Positions 13,683-26,525 of a DNA stretch of 64,000 bases are shown here, in pieces; position 1 is the stretch's first letter, and each line of letters opens with the position of its first letter. The stretch covers positions 248,001 to 312,000 of the forward strand of contig NW_019029020.1 in assembly GCF_002105155.1 (NCBI RefSeq). Reading direction: 5' to 3'. Below the pieces are notes generated by a model. It saw only the letters and a program-made list of their open reading frames with translations, was not told the origin of the DNA and searched no databases. A program made the translations under genes and the position numbers. This DNA comes from Lobosporangium transversale. Taxonomy: Eukaryota.

Positions 13683-15726
13683 CACTGTGTTCTGTTGCGG
13701 TTTTTATGGTCTAAGCATAATTTAGTCTCCATGAATAGTTTATGACCATGTTCGTTCTCTTTTTCTCTAAAATACTAAATAAAACGAAGAGGATGTCCAA
13801 TGCCTTTCTAAATGAAATTGGGAACATAGGGTTATACGTTAGGGCAAGTAGATAAAGTATAGATAACAGCGCAAAACTCACCCGTAACGAGTAAGGTCAC
13901 TACTTTCGTTACCATTTACCTTCATTAGTTAATAGTTTTACTGAAAAGACTATCATGTTTTCTCGTGCTTCCACGACATGGCATTTTGAGGTGTATGCCT
14001 AGGAGAAATAGCTGTTCTTCTGTAAAGCGAAAGTTACCAGGATCATAATATGAAAAGAAGATGTGCGTATGGCGCTATGATTCAGAATCTTTCCTTCAAT
14101 AGAAATAGTATAAATATCTTGGCTTTAGTGAAAACCCATACGAAATGACCGCTCAGCGCAGCATCTGGCTCAGGAAGCGGTAAAAAATGACAGTTCTCAG
14201 TAAACTTGGTCGAAATGGGGTTTCAATCTACTCACAAATGGTTTGATAAAAAGAAAGAGGAGTCTGACTTCTTTATTCATGATGAGAGACAATACGATAT
14301 ATGCTCATGTACAAAAGATTACGATTGGTTCCTTCTCGCTGAAAAAAAAATGGTGACAAAATTGAAGAATGGACGAGAATACATGCGTAATGGAAATAGT
14401 ACTTTGCTGTCCATTAGTGCTTCACTCTCACATTCCTCTTTATTTTAACCAGTTCGTTTGCACTATTTTAATTTTCTTTGTCAACATTTTCCGTATACAA
14501 TGACTTTGTAATAAGACAAACTGTCGAAATAGGATTCCTGTAGATAGTGACAGGCAATGGAGCCAAAAAATGGTTTATTTAGCTGTAACTTAGTGAACTA
14601 GAACTATTTATTCTAATAATTAATGCTAGGTTTGGGCTCCGGTGTCTTGTCACCTGGGATATGCGTGATAGTTGAGCCATCAGAGATTTGGGCTCCAGTG
14701 TCGCATGACATTTTTAAAATTCCATACGCTCCGTAGGAGGCAAAGGAGGCATAATCTGGCAGTGTTTTGAGGCAACAAGGGCCCCACGAGCAATAACAGG
14801 GCTTTAGAGATAACCATTCTAATATGTTGACAATTTCAAATACTTATATACCCCATGGGGGGGTGGACCTACATCTTATTCTCACTTACTTGACTACTTA
14901 CCAACTTATCTGCCATATCTGTCGCATAACTTTTCATACTTTCCAACATGTCAAACAAAGCTTTACACATCTCATTGGTCGATTCTCCTACCATGCCACC
15001 TAATGCACCTATTGATACCTCCTTCTGTTTTGGTAGAGACTGGTGTGATCAGAAGACTTGCGAAGTGGCGACCTCAAATTCTGAAATTCAGTGCCGAACC
15101 GTTGCTTCTGATCGACAAGGAGTCTGAAACAATCCTGTCGCCCTCAAAGTTCTATCTCCTCCCTACATCCCAACCCAGGCTGAATTTGACAGAGCCAAAA
15201 AAAGCATGGATATGAGAAAGGCTCCGTGCTGGGCCTTAATTGACAATGCTGGACTCGATTGCTCCACGTTCATGCTAATATCACAAGTCATTGGAGCTGC
15301 GGAATTTGTCGACAAGCTCCACCTAATGGAAGAATGGCTAGAAAGAGAAGTACCCATATGTAATCCTAAATTTGGGACATCATTCAAGCCCGACTTAGCT
15401 CATATACATGGACGCATCATTTCACTTCCTACGGAGCATCGGTCCCCATACATGACGTTCTCCCATTGGCTGGTACCCAATGGCTAAATGATGGAACCTT
15501 AGATGGTATCTTGATGATATTTCGGTCCCGCTTCAAGGAGTTCCTTTTTATTCCGCAACATCAAATATTATGCTGGGGAATCTCAAATCTCAGAGCAAGT
15601 GACGACTGCGGTGAAGGCTGGAAGCAAGCGGAAACTATGTCGGGCCGGTATAGAAAAGCGTATGCCTTTATACACATTGGAAACCACTGGGGTGCGCTTT
15701 CTATCGACTTCAAACGTTATGAGATA

Positions 15727-17360
15727 CACTATCATGCAAAACTGATTCAATAATTCATTCCCATGTGCATTTCTTTTTTTCATTCCTAGAAGCCGTATAT
15801 GCATACACCACTCATACTTTGGTTTAATAAAGCTCCCGTCTTCTTCTACATCATAGTGATGCGTTGTGACATTAGCTTGTCTCATTTGAATAGCTAATGA
15901 CTTTTTTTGTTCATGCAGGTCATTGAATCAGTTTCACATGTGCCCATTCGGTGGCCAAAGATCTTTATTCTTTTGTGAGGCATAACCTTACATCAATAGA
16001 TAGTATTCCAACCATGGGCATCACTGACAGCTTGGAGTCTCTTATGGATACCTATGACGAGTTTGCGGCAGAAGTCCACTGGGATCCTGTACCATTCAAC
16101 CGATATTCGCTCCCATAGTTCATCACAACTCTTAGCTCGCTCCGGATACCTAGAGAGCCGCCTATCCAATTCTGCCCACATGTGTTCAATAGGGTTGAGG
16201 TCAGGGGATTGTGCTGGCCACTCTAGAAGTGTACCTTCCTCTTCTGTCAGATGTACTGACTCCAAATACTTCCTAACAATCTTCGCCGTGTGCTTCGAGT
16301 CATTGTCGTGGTGAAAGACGATATCGCTTTTAGTTAGGCCCCAGTCATCAAGCGACATCTGTAGATCCTCCTGCAGTAGTTTGATGTAAAGTTGTGCGTC
16401 CATATTATTGTCAATCTTTGCAATGTATCCAGGTCCGTACCATGAGAAGCATGACCACACTTTAACATTACCACCCCCAAACTTGACAGTGCCTTGCACC
16501 GACCTGCGAGTGAGGCGTCCCGGATTGTCGTCCCAGATCCACTGCACGCCATCAGAGCAGATTCGGTTTATTTTCGATTCATCTGACCAAATAACCTTTT
16601 TCCAATCCTCCACAGTCCATTCCTTATACTTATTGATAAAATGCAAACGAGCTTTAATATGTTGTCGACGTAAAGCTGGCTTATGTACACGCCTCTTTGC
16701 TGTCAATCCTAACTCCTTGAGCCGTCGTCTAACGGTGGTCTCAGAAACAGCCGCTGGTATGAGCTGGTTGGCTCTGACGGTGGCCTCAACTGCAGACTTG
16801 AGTGTACCTCGTTTCATGTTCACCTTAAGATACTGCATGACACCTCTAGGTACTTTCCTTGGTCGACCCCCTTTATTGACAGGCATGTACTCCTTATTAT
16901 GTGCATAGATCCTGGTGGCCGTCGCTATTGATATACCAACACTGGCAGCAGTTTCTCTAGTAGACATGCCTCCCATCATTAACCTCCTGGCTTCGTTGAC
17001 TTTCCTTTGTGGAGTGGGTCTCGTATTCTGTGAAGGTATAGTTAAGAGAGAGTTAAGCAAGTGTTCATAAAGGAAAGAGAGAAAAGTCCTTTTTTTACTG
17101 GCATTAAATGACGTCCAAAAGTTGTCATGGGCAACATTTTAGACCACATGTGAAACTGATTCAATGACCTGCATGAACAAAAAAAGTCATTAGCTATTCA
17201 AATGAGACAAGCTAATGTCACAACGCATCACTATGATGTAGAAGAAGACGGGAGCTTTATTAAACCAAAGTATGAGTGGTGTATGCATATACGGTTTCTA
17301 GGAATGAAAAAAAGAAATGCACATGGGAATGAATTATTGAATCAGTTTTGCATGATAGTG
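15727..17360 (-). mobile_element. Tc1/mariner element, family A; 216-bp TIRs, TA TSD
   Basis: TIRs 15727-15942 and 17145-17360 are near-perfect. TA at 15725-26 and 17361-62. Confidence 0.96.
15993..17024 (-). CDS. Tc1 transposase (DD39E); start codon probably mutated to ACG at 17024
   Basis: HTH, GRPRK, WSDESK, HHDND, WPAQSPDLNPIE. (M)RPTPQRKVNEA aligns positionally with the starts of the other two transposases. Confidence 0.88.
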   Translation of the reverse strand, partial: TRPTPQRKVNEARRLMMGGMSTRETAASVGISIATATRIYAHNKEYMPVNKGGRPRKVPRGVMQYLKVNMKRGTLKSAVEATVRANQLIPAAVSETTVRRRLKELGLTAKRRVHKPALRRQHIKARLHFINKYKEWTVEDWKKVIWSDESKINRICSDGVQWIWDDNPGRLTRRSVQGTVKFGGGNVKVWSCFSWYGPGYIAKIDNNMDAQLYIKLLQEDLQMSLDDWGLTKSDIVFHHDNDSKHTAKIVRKYLESVHLTEEEGTLLEWPAQSPDLNPIEHMWAELDRRLSRYPERAKSCDELWERISVEWYRIPVDFCRKLVIGIHKRLQAVSDAHGWNTIY

Positions 17361-19262
17361 TAAGTTTTGGGGATTCCTTGAACTATGCCACGCCTCTTGA
17401 AGCAATCGATGGCGTCCACCGATGGCTAATGATGTGCTTCGATAGCGAGGGTGCGTAAGAATGGGACAAACCTGTTGCAAAGATGTTTGTACACCCACAA
17501 ATAGATCAAGGTTCATGTGGCATCTATGCAGCGCACGCGATCGAGTACGATATTCTCAAGACTCTCAACATTGAAGACAAATTATTCAACCGTTGGGACC
17601 TCATGCAAGCGACAATGCTAGGAATCAATTGTTACACCAACAATGATAAATTTATCAACTATACCTTAAACCGACAACCTGGCAAATTTGCCATTATAAA
17701 TGGGCTTAAAATCCAGCAATTCATGGGCATTGCCTTGAAATTTTATTTCGATGTCGAAATAAATGACCGAAAACTAAACTGTCATGGAGCTATCCTGGCT
17801 TCTTTATCTGTGCCAATAAAAAACTCTTGAAGGCTTTCGCATGACACTAGCATCCTCTTGTGGGCCCATTGTGTTGTTTATTTATTGACTGGTGTAATAG
17901 AAGTGATAATATTCGCTGAGATGTTTTTCAGATGTTAGAAGTCAAGGAGATCAAAAGTTGTTTTTATTATTGTCAAACGAGAGCCTTTTATCAAGGACTC
18001 TCTATGACCGTCACATGATATTCTGACCTTATGAATAAAAATGGAAGTGCACCTGAGGTGCACTCCCAAGCCTCGGTACGTAACAACTCCCCCCCAGATT
18101 TTAAGGTAAGGTTATTGCCGTTATAACTCGAGGTAAGAGGAAAAAATAGAAAAACCTCTGAATGCTAGAGAAAACTATGAGGAAAAATGGACTAAAAACC
18201 TCTCTATGAGCTACACTGTAATTGATTGGAGGAAAAAATAAACCTCTTAGAGGGTAAAAAAATTTAAACCTCACGTGAGACCTACTAAGGTCTGCTATAA
18301 CAACCTGTCTTTCTTTTTCTCTTGTAAAGATTAAAGAGACAAATACATCATGGAAACCATAGTCAGCGAATGAGTCATGGAGCCTCTACAACGTTGTGTA
18401 ATTTAGAGCAGCCATTGGATAAGGATATGTTTTGCGGGGAATGCAGGCGGTTAATTGTATAGCATGTCAAAATGTAGAAATCTCATTGGACCTTTTTGTC
18501 AAACAGAGATCACAAAAGATCACGCCATCTGCCTCCCCCAGAAGGACGAATGAGGTTTCTCAAAGCGAATGATGAGGAGCAAGGAAATGAAATTAGAAAT
18601 CGTCAAACGATTGCTCATTCCTTCATTCCTCATTTCAACTTTAGACACTCTCAAACGCCTTCTTACACAAACAAATATACCTTGCAATTCAGACCACAGC
18701 CTTTTGTAAATCATTATCATTATGTCTTCTAACAGCACCCCTTCTTCTCCATCGTCTGGTGCCTCAACGCTTTTTGAGCGTGAGGACTATGAATTCATTC
18801 CAGCGGAACTTTCTTCAACTTCGTCTTCGCCCGTATTGGTAGAGGCTTCAGACGTGGAGGGTGTCAGCAACTCCGAAGAAGATAAGGAGGACGAGAGCAG
18901 CTACGACGCTGAGGACGACGAATATGATTACGAGTGTGAGGAGGATCTGTGGGATAGCGACGAGGGAGTTCGTGCCTGGAAAAAGGCACATCACCAGTTT
19001 TACCACCCAGAGTCACGGAGCCGCTCAGCCTCTCTGGAGATCCCAGGACCTCGTCCTAGCAGGAAGCGAAAGGAGCCCTCTAGCGATGAAGAATCATCAA
19101 GCAGCGAAAGCAGCGAGGCAGAATTGTCAAGCTGCGGAGTATGCACGACTCTCGGGAAGAGAAGACGTTTGATGGTGGAGAGTGGCGATGATTCCGCTAA
19201 GAGTCGCCTTCAAAGAGAATTTGCATGGGCTAAGAGGTATGAACGCCTCTATAAGAAATATA

Positions 19263-20865
19263 TGGTGCGTGCCAAAACTGATGCAATAATTTTCATTTTT
19301 TAATATTCATTCCTCATTCTCCTTTTCCTTTCTAATGATCTTCCCTACCATCACCGCTTCTCATTCTCATTTGTCTCACCTTCGTGGACTGTCATCGCTG
19401 TTCTCATCAATGACGCAATTAGCGAATAATCGCCATTTGTATAGTCATGTCTCATTGCATCAGTTTTGGTAAAAAGTACATCTCAGGTTTGTCCATCCCT
19501 TACTTCTTTCTTATTCTTTATTCTTTCTTTATAGCACCATCACCACTGATACACCAAGCGACACTCTACATATCTGCCATATCTTTATCATAACATGAAA
19601 TCATTATCCAAATCAACTATCCAAAATGCAACTGCTCTACTTCATCAGGGAAAGTCTTCCAGAGAAGTGTCAAAGAGTTTAGGGATATCTGTTACCTCAG
19701 CTCAAAGGATTAGGAAAAGAGGCAAAGAAAGTATTCCAGTGCTGAGAGGGGGCCGACCCTGCAAAGTTACTAAGAAAACGAAACAGCTTTTATCAAGATT
19801 TTTTGACATGGGTGTATTGGAGACCCTAAAAGATGGCCAACAACTTGTTCAATTGAGGGAAGGAGTGCAGGTTAGTAAATCGAGCATCAGGAGGTTCCTT
19901 ATGCAGGATGATATGGGGGCATATGTAAAACAGAAGCAGCCTGGTCTGACGAAGAAGCAAATCTATGCTCGATATAATTTTGCAAAGGATCACTTGGACA
20001 GGACTCTAGAAGACTGGAAGAACGTCATGTTCTCAGATGAGACCATCTTTAGCAGAGTTGGGTCCTGCGGAAGAAAGTACTACTACAAGCATCGATGGGA
20101 TAAAGCTCTACGAGCACATCATATCAAAAAGACAAGGCAAGGCGGTGGAGGCAAAATGATGTTCTGGGGTTGTATAACTTACTACGGACCAGGCGATGGC
20201 TGCTGGCTCCAAGAGAAGGTGGATTCGGTAACATACGTCGACGTTCTCAAGGATTATATCTTTAAGTCCAGGGATTACTACTTGATGGATAAGGACAAAT
20301 TTATATTTCAGCAGGACAATGCTAGGATTCATACCGGAAGAATAGCAATGACCTATATCCAAAAGTCTAAGATAGCTCACATGGAATGGCCAGCAAACTC
20401 TCCTGACATCAACCCAATAGAAAACATATGGGCATACATGAAGGTGCAGTTGGATCATTATCCAGACAAGGCAAAGAATATGGAGGATCTCTGGGAGAGA
20501 GTCCAAGACGTATGGACACATATCCCTCCTGAATTCTTACACAAACTATACTGCGGTATGCCGAAGAGGATGAGGGAGTTATATAAGGCTAAAGGAGGGA
20601 ACATCGTTAGGGGAAAGGAGAAGTAACAGGAATAAATAAAAACAAGAAGTTGTTAATTGCCATAATAGATGCAATGAGATGCTGAAAGCAAATTGCAATT
20701 AAATGCTAATTAGGCCACTGATGGCGATGACGATGAGACTCCATGGAGGTGAGACAAATGAGAATGAGAAACGGTGGTGGCAGGGAAGATCATAAAGAGG
20801 AAGAAGGAGAATGAGGAATGAATGTTGAAAAATGCAATTTATTGCATCAGTTTTGGCACGCACTA
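19263..20865 (+). mobile_element. Tc1 element, family B, copy 1; imperfect long TIRs, TA TSD
   Basis: Ends T(G/A)GTGCGTGCCAAAACTGATGCAAT. TA at 19261-62 and 20866-67. Confidence 0.95.
19595..20626 (+). CDS. Tc1 transposase (DD34E)
   Basis: FSDET, QQDNA, WPANSPDINPIEN; 34 residues between the second D and E. Confidence 0.93.
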   Translation: MKSLSKSTIQNATALLHQGKSSREVSKSLGISVTSAQRIRKRGKESIPVLRGGRPCKVTKKTKQLLSRFFDMGVLETLKDGQQLVQLREGVQVSKSSIRRFLMQDDMGAYVKQKQPGLTKKQIYARYNFAKDHLDRTLEDWKNVMFSDETIFSRVGSCGRKYYYKHRWDKALRAHHIKKTRQGGGGKMMFWGCITYYGPGDGCWLQEKVDSVTYVDVLKDYIFKSRDYYLMDKDKFIFQQDNARIHTGRIAMTYIQKSKIAHMEWPANSPDINPIENIWAYMKVQLDHYPDKAKNMEDLWERVQDVWTHIPPEFLHKLYCGMPKRMRELYKAKGGNIVRGKEK

Positions 20866-21175
20866 TACTAAGCTGCGCAGGCAAGCAGAGAAGTATAAAA
20901 CTATGCGAATGCGTGTAGAGAAGGTTGTGGACTCTCTTAGCTCTCAATTACCATCGCATCCAGTCGCTAGTTGCGATTGCTGCAAAGGAAAGAATAAAGC
21001 TGATGGTTGCTGAGTAGGTTGTAGAAAAAAAAAATAATAAAAAAAATAAAAAAAAAAAAAAAAAATTATTGCTATGAGGACATGTATCTATTCTTTTGTC
21101 GTCATCTTGGAGAAAATTTATTTGCACAAAAACTCCATTGCTACACGCAGTGTATACTTCCGCGTAGTCTTTTAT

Positions 21176-24100
21176 TTATTGCATGCGTTTGCTTTTGGAC
21201 CTAGTGTTTCTGGTTCTAGATTGTGCTGGCTGTCTAATCAGATTTTTGTCTTTGAGCTTTTGGATTCTTGCTTGAGCCCTTTTCACTTTATCGTCTTGTT
21301 TAGCACGAATGTGAGGGTTGCTTTGATTGAGACGTTTCCAGTACTGTCTGATGATTAGATCAGAATCGAAGTCTTCATACGTTAACTGCGAGTTTTCTGA
21401 GGAGTCATATCCTTTCCACTTCACAGTGTACTTCACTTCCCCTGATGTGAAATCGTGGTCAACTATAGATTCGACTTCATAGGACTCATCACTTGGAACA
21501 TCAAGTGCCTGTGTGACTAATTTGAGTTGCTCAGGGGCAAAGTTGCGTAATAATTGACTATTGGTGGCATCTAGTAAAGTATAGCTACCATTTTCTGTTC
21601 TAGCCATTACTTTGTATGGTCCATGATATTTAGGCGCAAGCTTGCCTTCCGCTAATGGATCCCTCGTCATGACAAATGACCCTGGAGGAAAATCATAATG
21701 CGGTGGGTGCGATTAAATTTGGAGATCATTTTACGTTGTGTGTCTGCACTCTTTTCAGCGATGGCTGGATAAACCAAATTGGTTAAATAATCCAATCGAT
21801 CATTAAGCTCCTTGTCAGACAAAAGATGGGACTCAGCTGATGAAAAGTCCGTCAGACCCGCAAATGATCTGCCATAAAATAATGAGAATGGTGTAGAGCC
21901 ATGTAGGCTGGCGGCCTTGACGTTTAATTGTAGTTGAGTCATGGGTAAATATTTGTCCCATTCTTCCTCATGGCCTTCAAGCTGCTTCTGGATATTCCCC
22001 TTGAGAGCTCGAACAAACCTTTCGGCTACACCATTCGATCTGGGATGGTATGGAGTAGATAGTCTGTGATCTATCTTTAGCTTGTCATTCATGAGTTTGG
22101 AAAGTCCATTGACAAATTCAGTGCCATTATCGCTTTGGATGATCTTGGGGAACCCAATCATGCAAAATAACGAGAACAATCGTGCAGCAACTGTACTTGG
22201 CTCTTTGTTCGGTAATGCCTCTAGTATGACGAATCTTGTACAAACGTCTACCATCACTAACGCGAAATTGTTGCCCTTCGTGCTGGTTTTAAAAGATGCC
22301 AAATCAATGGCGATGTGTTCTCCTGGTAGATTCGCATGAATGGCTTTCAGGGGATGATACCCTTTGCGTACAATATTAAAATGCTGACATTTTCTGCACT
22401 GACTAACCCATTTAAGACAATCGTCTCTCAGTTTGGGCCAAGTGAACCCTTGCTCATGAATTGCTTTGACCATTGCATTTCCTCCTAGGTGGCCAAATTC
22501 ATGTACTTTTTGAAGACATGCTACTCTTTTTTCTGCATCTAGGATGGTGTGCATGGGAGTATCCTCATTTTGAATGACATGAATATAGGAAGGCTCTGGA
22601 CCGGATTGGGGTTGGGATATTTCTGCTACGACTTCACTTAAGTTATGTCTTCTGGCCGCTGCAATCGAGGGACTATTACTACCACTAGAAGCAATTAAAT
22701 CAGATTGATTTTGCCATGGTTCCTCAGGGAATGCACGCGACAGAGCATCAGGGATCACATTTAATAGGCCGGGTCGATATACACATTCGAAATCATAATT
22801 GAACAGAGTTTCTTTCCAATTTGTTAATATCTGGGGTAACTCTTTTTGTTCATGAATGTACGTCAAAGGCCTGTGATCTGTATAGAGAGTGAATCTTCTT
22901 CCCCAAATATACTGATGAAACTTCATTAAGGCGAACACTATGCCTAAAAGCTCCTTTTTGTACGCGGGGTAATTCTTCTCCGATTTATGTAACGCTCTTG
23001 CCTGAAATGAAATGTAGTTGACTTTAGAATGGTCATCCCTGCCCATCGGTAACTGATAGAGCACTGCACCAATGCCTACGTTGGACGCATCTGTTGCAAT
23101 ATAGAATGGTGCCTCAAAATCAGGGAATGATAATACTGGTGCTGAGGCTATGAGGTTTCTTATTGCATCAAAGCTTCTCCTCTGTAAATCATTTAGCTCG
23201 AATGTACCTCTCGCATTACGTAGCTGATCAAGAGGAGCGGTGACAGTACTATAGAGAGGAATGTACTCTCTGAAATAATTAAAGAGACCAAGATATCGTT
23301 GAATCATCTTTTTGTTTGTAGGGTATGCCCATGATTGCACATTGGCTAATTTTTCCATGTTGACACCCCTGCCATGTTCGTTAACGACAAAACCCAACAA
23401 CACCACTTCTGTACTCAGAAATTTACTCTTTTCTCGATTGATGATGAGCTTTACTTCAGTCAGTCTGTTTAGAACGACTTTGACATGTGCAAGATGCTCA
23501 TCTACTGTTTTGGAGAAAATAATGATATCATCTACATAGACTCCACAATAGTGAAGATCACCTAGTAAATGAGACATTCCTCTTTGGAAGATGCTGGTGA
23601 GAGGCTTAAGCCCAAAAGGGGCTCTAGCGAACATGTATTGATTACCATTGTAGGTAAAAGCCGTGAGTGGCTGACTCTGTTCAGCTACAGGCATGCGATG
23701 ATACGCTTGGGAAAGGTCAATGGCAGAAAAGAATTTATGACCAGCTACCTTTTGTTGAACCTCAGTGACTAAAGGTAGAGGGAAGTTATCTGTATCCAAT
23801 AGCTGCCTATTCAGCGTTCTTGGATCAAGACATACTCTATACTTCATAATATTGCCTTCTAGATCCCTCCTAGCTGCCATCGTTAGATGCAAAAATCAAG
23901 GTAGTGTTCTAGGGGGATCTAAGGGTGCAATAAAGGTATCTTTATTCAGGGGGAACCATGCTACAGAACTAGATAGAAAAGTAGACCTATTTATACTAGT
24001 TAATATCCTGTTGCAAGGAATGCTCTAGAAATATGGGCGAAATACAATGTTGCACAAAATTATTATAGTGATTTCGCTTGCATTAGAGAACTGTTGTATG

Positions 24101-26525
24101 GATTACCCTTTGGAGCAGGTACAATAACTCCTGTATCCCACCATTTCTGCACTGTTTTATCGACCTCATCTTTTTCGATTTGTGCATGAAACGGTCTAGA
24201 TCTTTCTTGAATGACGCAGTCAGACTTCACTTTGAGGATCACCATCATGGAATCAAGCGTGCAGTATGATCTCGGGTCTACATTGGCATTTGCTTGAAGA
24301 CATGGCTCAATAGCGTCCATGAATTTTTGTTTGATATCTAAAAACCCTTGTGTTGTCTCACTGGTAGGTGCTTCTTTAGGGATTACTGTAGGTTTCTCAT
24401 CATTTGGAACCCAAGGAAAATCCTCTGTGATAGCTTGTGGTTGAGTTATCCCCGTGATAGCAAAGCCAAATCGGCTGAAAAGATCCATACCAATGATAAA
24501 ATCGTAGTACTCTATGTCCATGACATATAGCTGACTCTCGGTTGATCTACCATTGCATGATAACTGCACCTTGTCACACGTAATGACACTTGCAGTATCT
24601 AAACCCTTTCTGATCATTGCGATTTTGGAGTTAGACAATTTACCACATCTGATATTGAGATCGTCTGCTACCTCTAATGCGATGAGCGATATAGTAGCAC
24701 CCGGGTCTAGCAGGGCTGTACATTGCTGCCCCATGATATAAATAGGAACAGCTATGCGATTGTCACCCTTTGCAGGTCCTTTGAATGCATACACATCATT
24801 ACTACTAAGTTTGGGAATCAAAGAATACTGTGAAAAGAACATGGTCTCTTTATTGTCACTGGAGCTAGCTAAATGAACTTCATCGGTAATGCGGGAGAAA
24901 GCACCAACTGTTTTGTTGAAGCTGTTCCCCTCACTCCTGCCTTTAAAGATGCCATTGCCTGTATTGGGCTGGCTCTTCGGGCCGTTCTTCTTTTCGTCCA
25001 TTCTTTTATACCAGCATTGACGAGGGTCATGCTTCTTTTGCATCTCTTCACAGCGCTTGGTGTAGGTACATGGCTTGAAAGTCAGCTTTTGTTTCTTGCT
25101 GCTGTCCTCTTCGCCCTTCGAGTCATGTACATAACCACGCTTAATTTTGGAACTTCGTCTCTCGACTTGTTCCATCTTGCCAAGGTTAAGCATCTTGTCT
25201 GCGGTAGGTTTACCACAGAACCTCTTGATAATTCTCAGACTGTGGTTGGTTTTCGTACCTGGCCACGCGCCTGGAACCGATTGGAGGTATTCCAGATACT
25301 TCTTGATGGAACCCACGTTCCGAAAGGACTTGTACTTCGATTTGATGGCTTGATAGCCAACATCAGACAAGCAATAAGCTATGCGCCCTGCAAGCAAGGT
25401 ACACATATCATCCGACAAATCTAGTGATTCAATCAAGGGTAGAACTCGTGCTGCAAAATCAGGGATTGTTTCACCATCTTTGAGACGTACCTCTAACAGC
25501 TCGTTCACAAGATCGAGCTCGATCTTGTCAAACTCAAGAGTTCTATAGACGCAATCCTTGACGCGATCCCATGTTCTCTCAGATTGAGGAAACTTCTGGA
25601 TACGCTCCTCGTAGTCTAGCGTGGCCCTGTCTACTTTGCTCAACGACAAGGACATATATATCCAAGCCATCTTCTCAAATAGGATGCCTGGTAAGCTACG
25701 TTGGTAGAACGATTGAAAGGTTTTGAGAAAATACCTGACTTTCCTAGCCAATTCCTTCATTATGTCCTCTCGAGCGGTCCTTGACAAATCTAACTCAAGA
25801 ACTGGGTAGTCCTTGAACTTCGAGCCGTTGATCTGACTGTAGTCGACATCCTTGGATTTAGGGTCAAGTGGGATGTACTCCAACTTGAAGGTTTGGTAAA
25901 TAAGGAAATATTCCTTGTTGTCGGAACTATTCCATTTAACGTGGAATTCTTGTCCACGCGGCTTTGACAGCGCTGGTGGTTCAATTGACGCAATCGGCCT
26001 TGAACCACCGTCCAAAAGGGCCAGATCGTGCTTCATGCAATTGATCTCTTCCTTTAGAGGAACGATGTCGGCCTCCAAACTGTCCCATATTTCCTGTCTC
26101 TTGTTCTTGAGTCGCATCAAGGCATCGGACTTGAGGTTGGAGTCTATATTAAGACCCCTGATCGTGCTACTAGCATTATGATACCTGGACGCAAGCAACA
26201 GCCGGATTGAAAGCAACTTCTTCAATCTTGCTTCATAGCTCCCCAAGACTACAACTGGATCGTCCTGGTCTGGTCCCATGACTACTTCCTCTGAAGTTCT
26301 ATCGCCAACCTGCTCTTGTATATCGATCATAGCCATGAGCTTGTTCAGTTCTTGCACTTTGTCCTGCAAGTTAGCATCGTGATCAGCGACAGCTTGATCT
26401 GTCCCGTGCTGAACAGACTGTCGTGGACTTTGTGCTCCCTCCGAGTAAGCATTGGGCCCTGAAGGATGATCCAAGTTCTGCTCGTTTGAGGAAGAACCGA
26501 TGTTCGCGAGGCCGGATGGATTCAT
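21176..26525 (-). pseudogene. Gag-pol of element A (gag, PR, RT, RH, IN, chromodomain); disrupted by a solo LTR and a frameshift near 21690
   Basis: LLDPGAT, YVDD, TDAS, HHCC/DDE integrase, GPY and YEVESIVDH..VKWKGY. Removing the solo LTR restores PYNSSLTMAARR in a single frame. Confidence 0.93.
23888..24082 (-). mobile_element. Solo LTR (195 bp) of the element C family; TSD TTAGA
   Basis: Four differences from the LTRs at 36134 and 41207. TTAGA at 23883-87 and 24083-87. Confidence 0.96.

Larger units (their letters stand above)
14948..17830 (+). pseudogene. Ulp1-like (C48) cysteine protease pseudogene split by a Tc1 element
   Basis: Removing 15727-17362 gives WLND..IHIGNHW..IDFKRYEISFGDSL..PQIDQGSCGIY (His-Asp-Gln-Cys in C48 order). 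One in-frame TAA near 17456 and upstream frameshifts. The 5' limit is approximate. Confidence 0.75.
18722..21013 (+). pseudogene. Antisense accessory ORF of element A (228 aa when restored), interrupted by Tc1-B
   Basis: Joining 18722-19262 to 20868-21013 is in frame: ..RLYKKYTKLRRQAEK..CDCCKGKNKADGC*. Confidence 0.75.
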
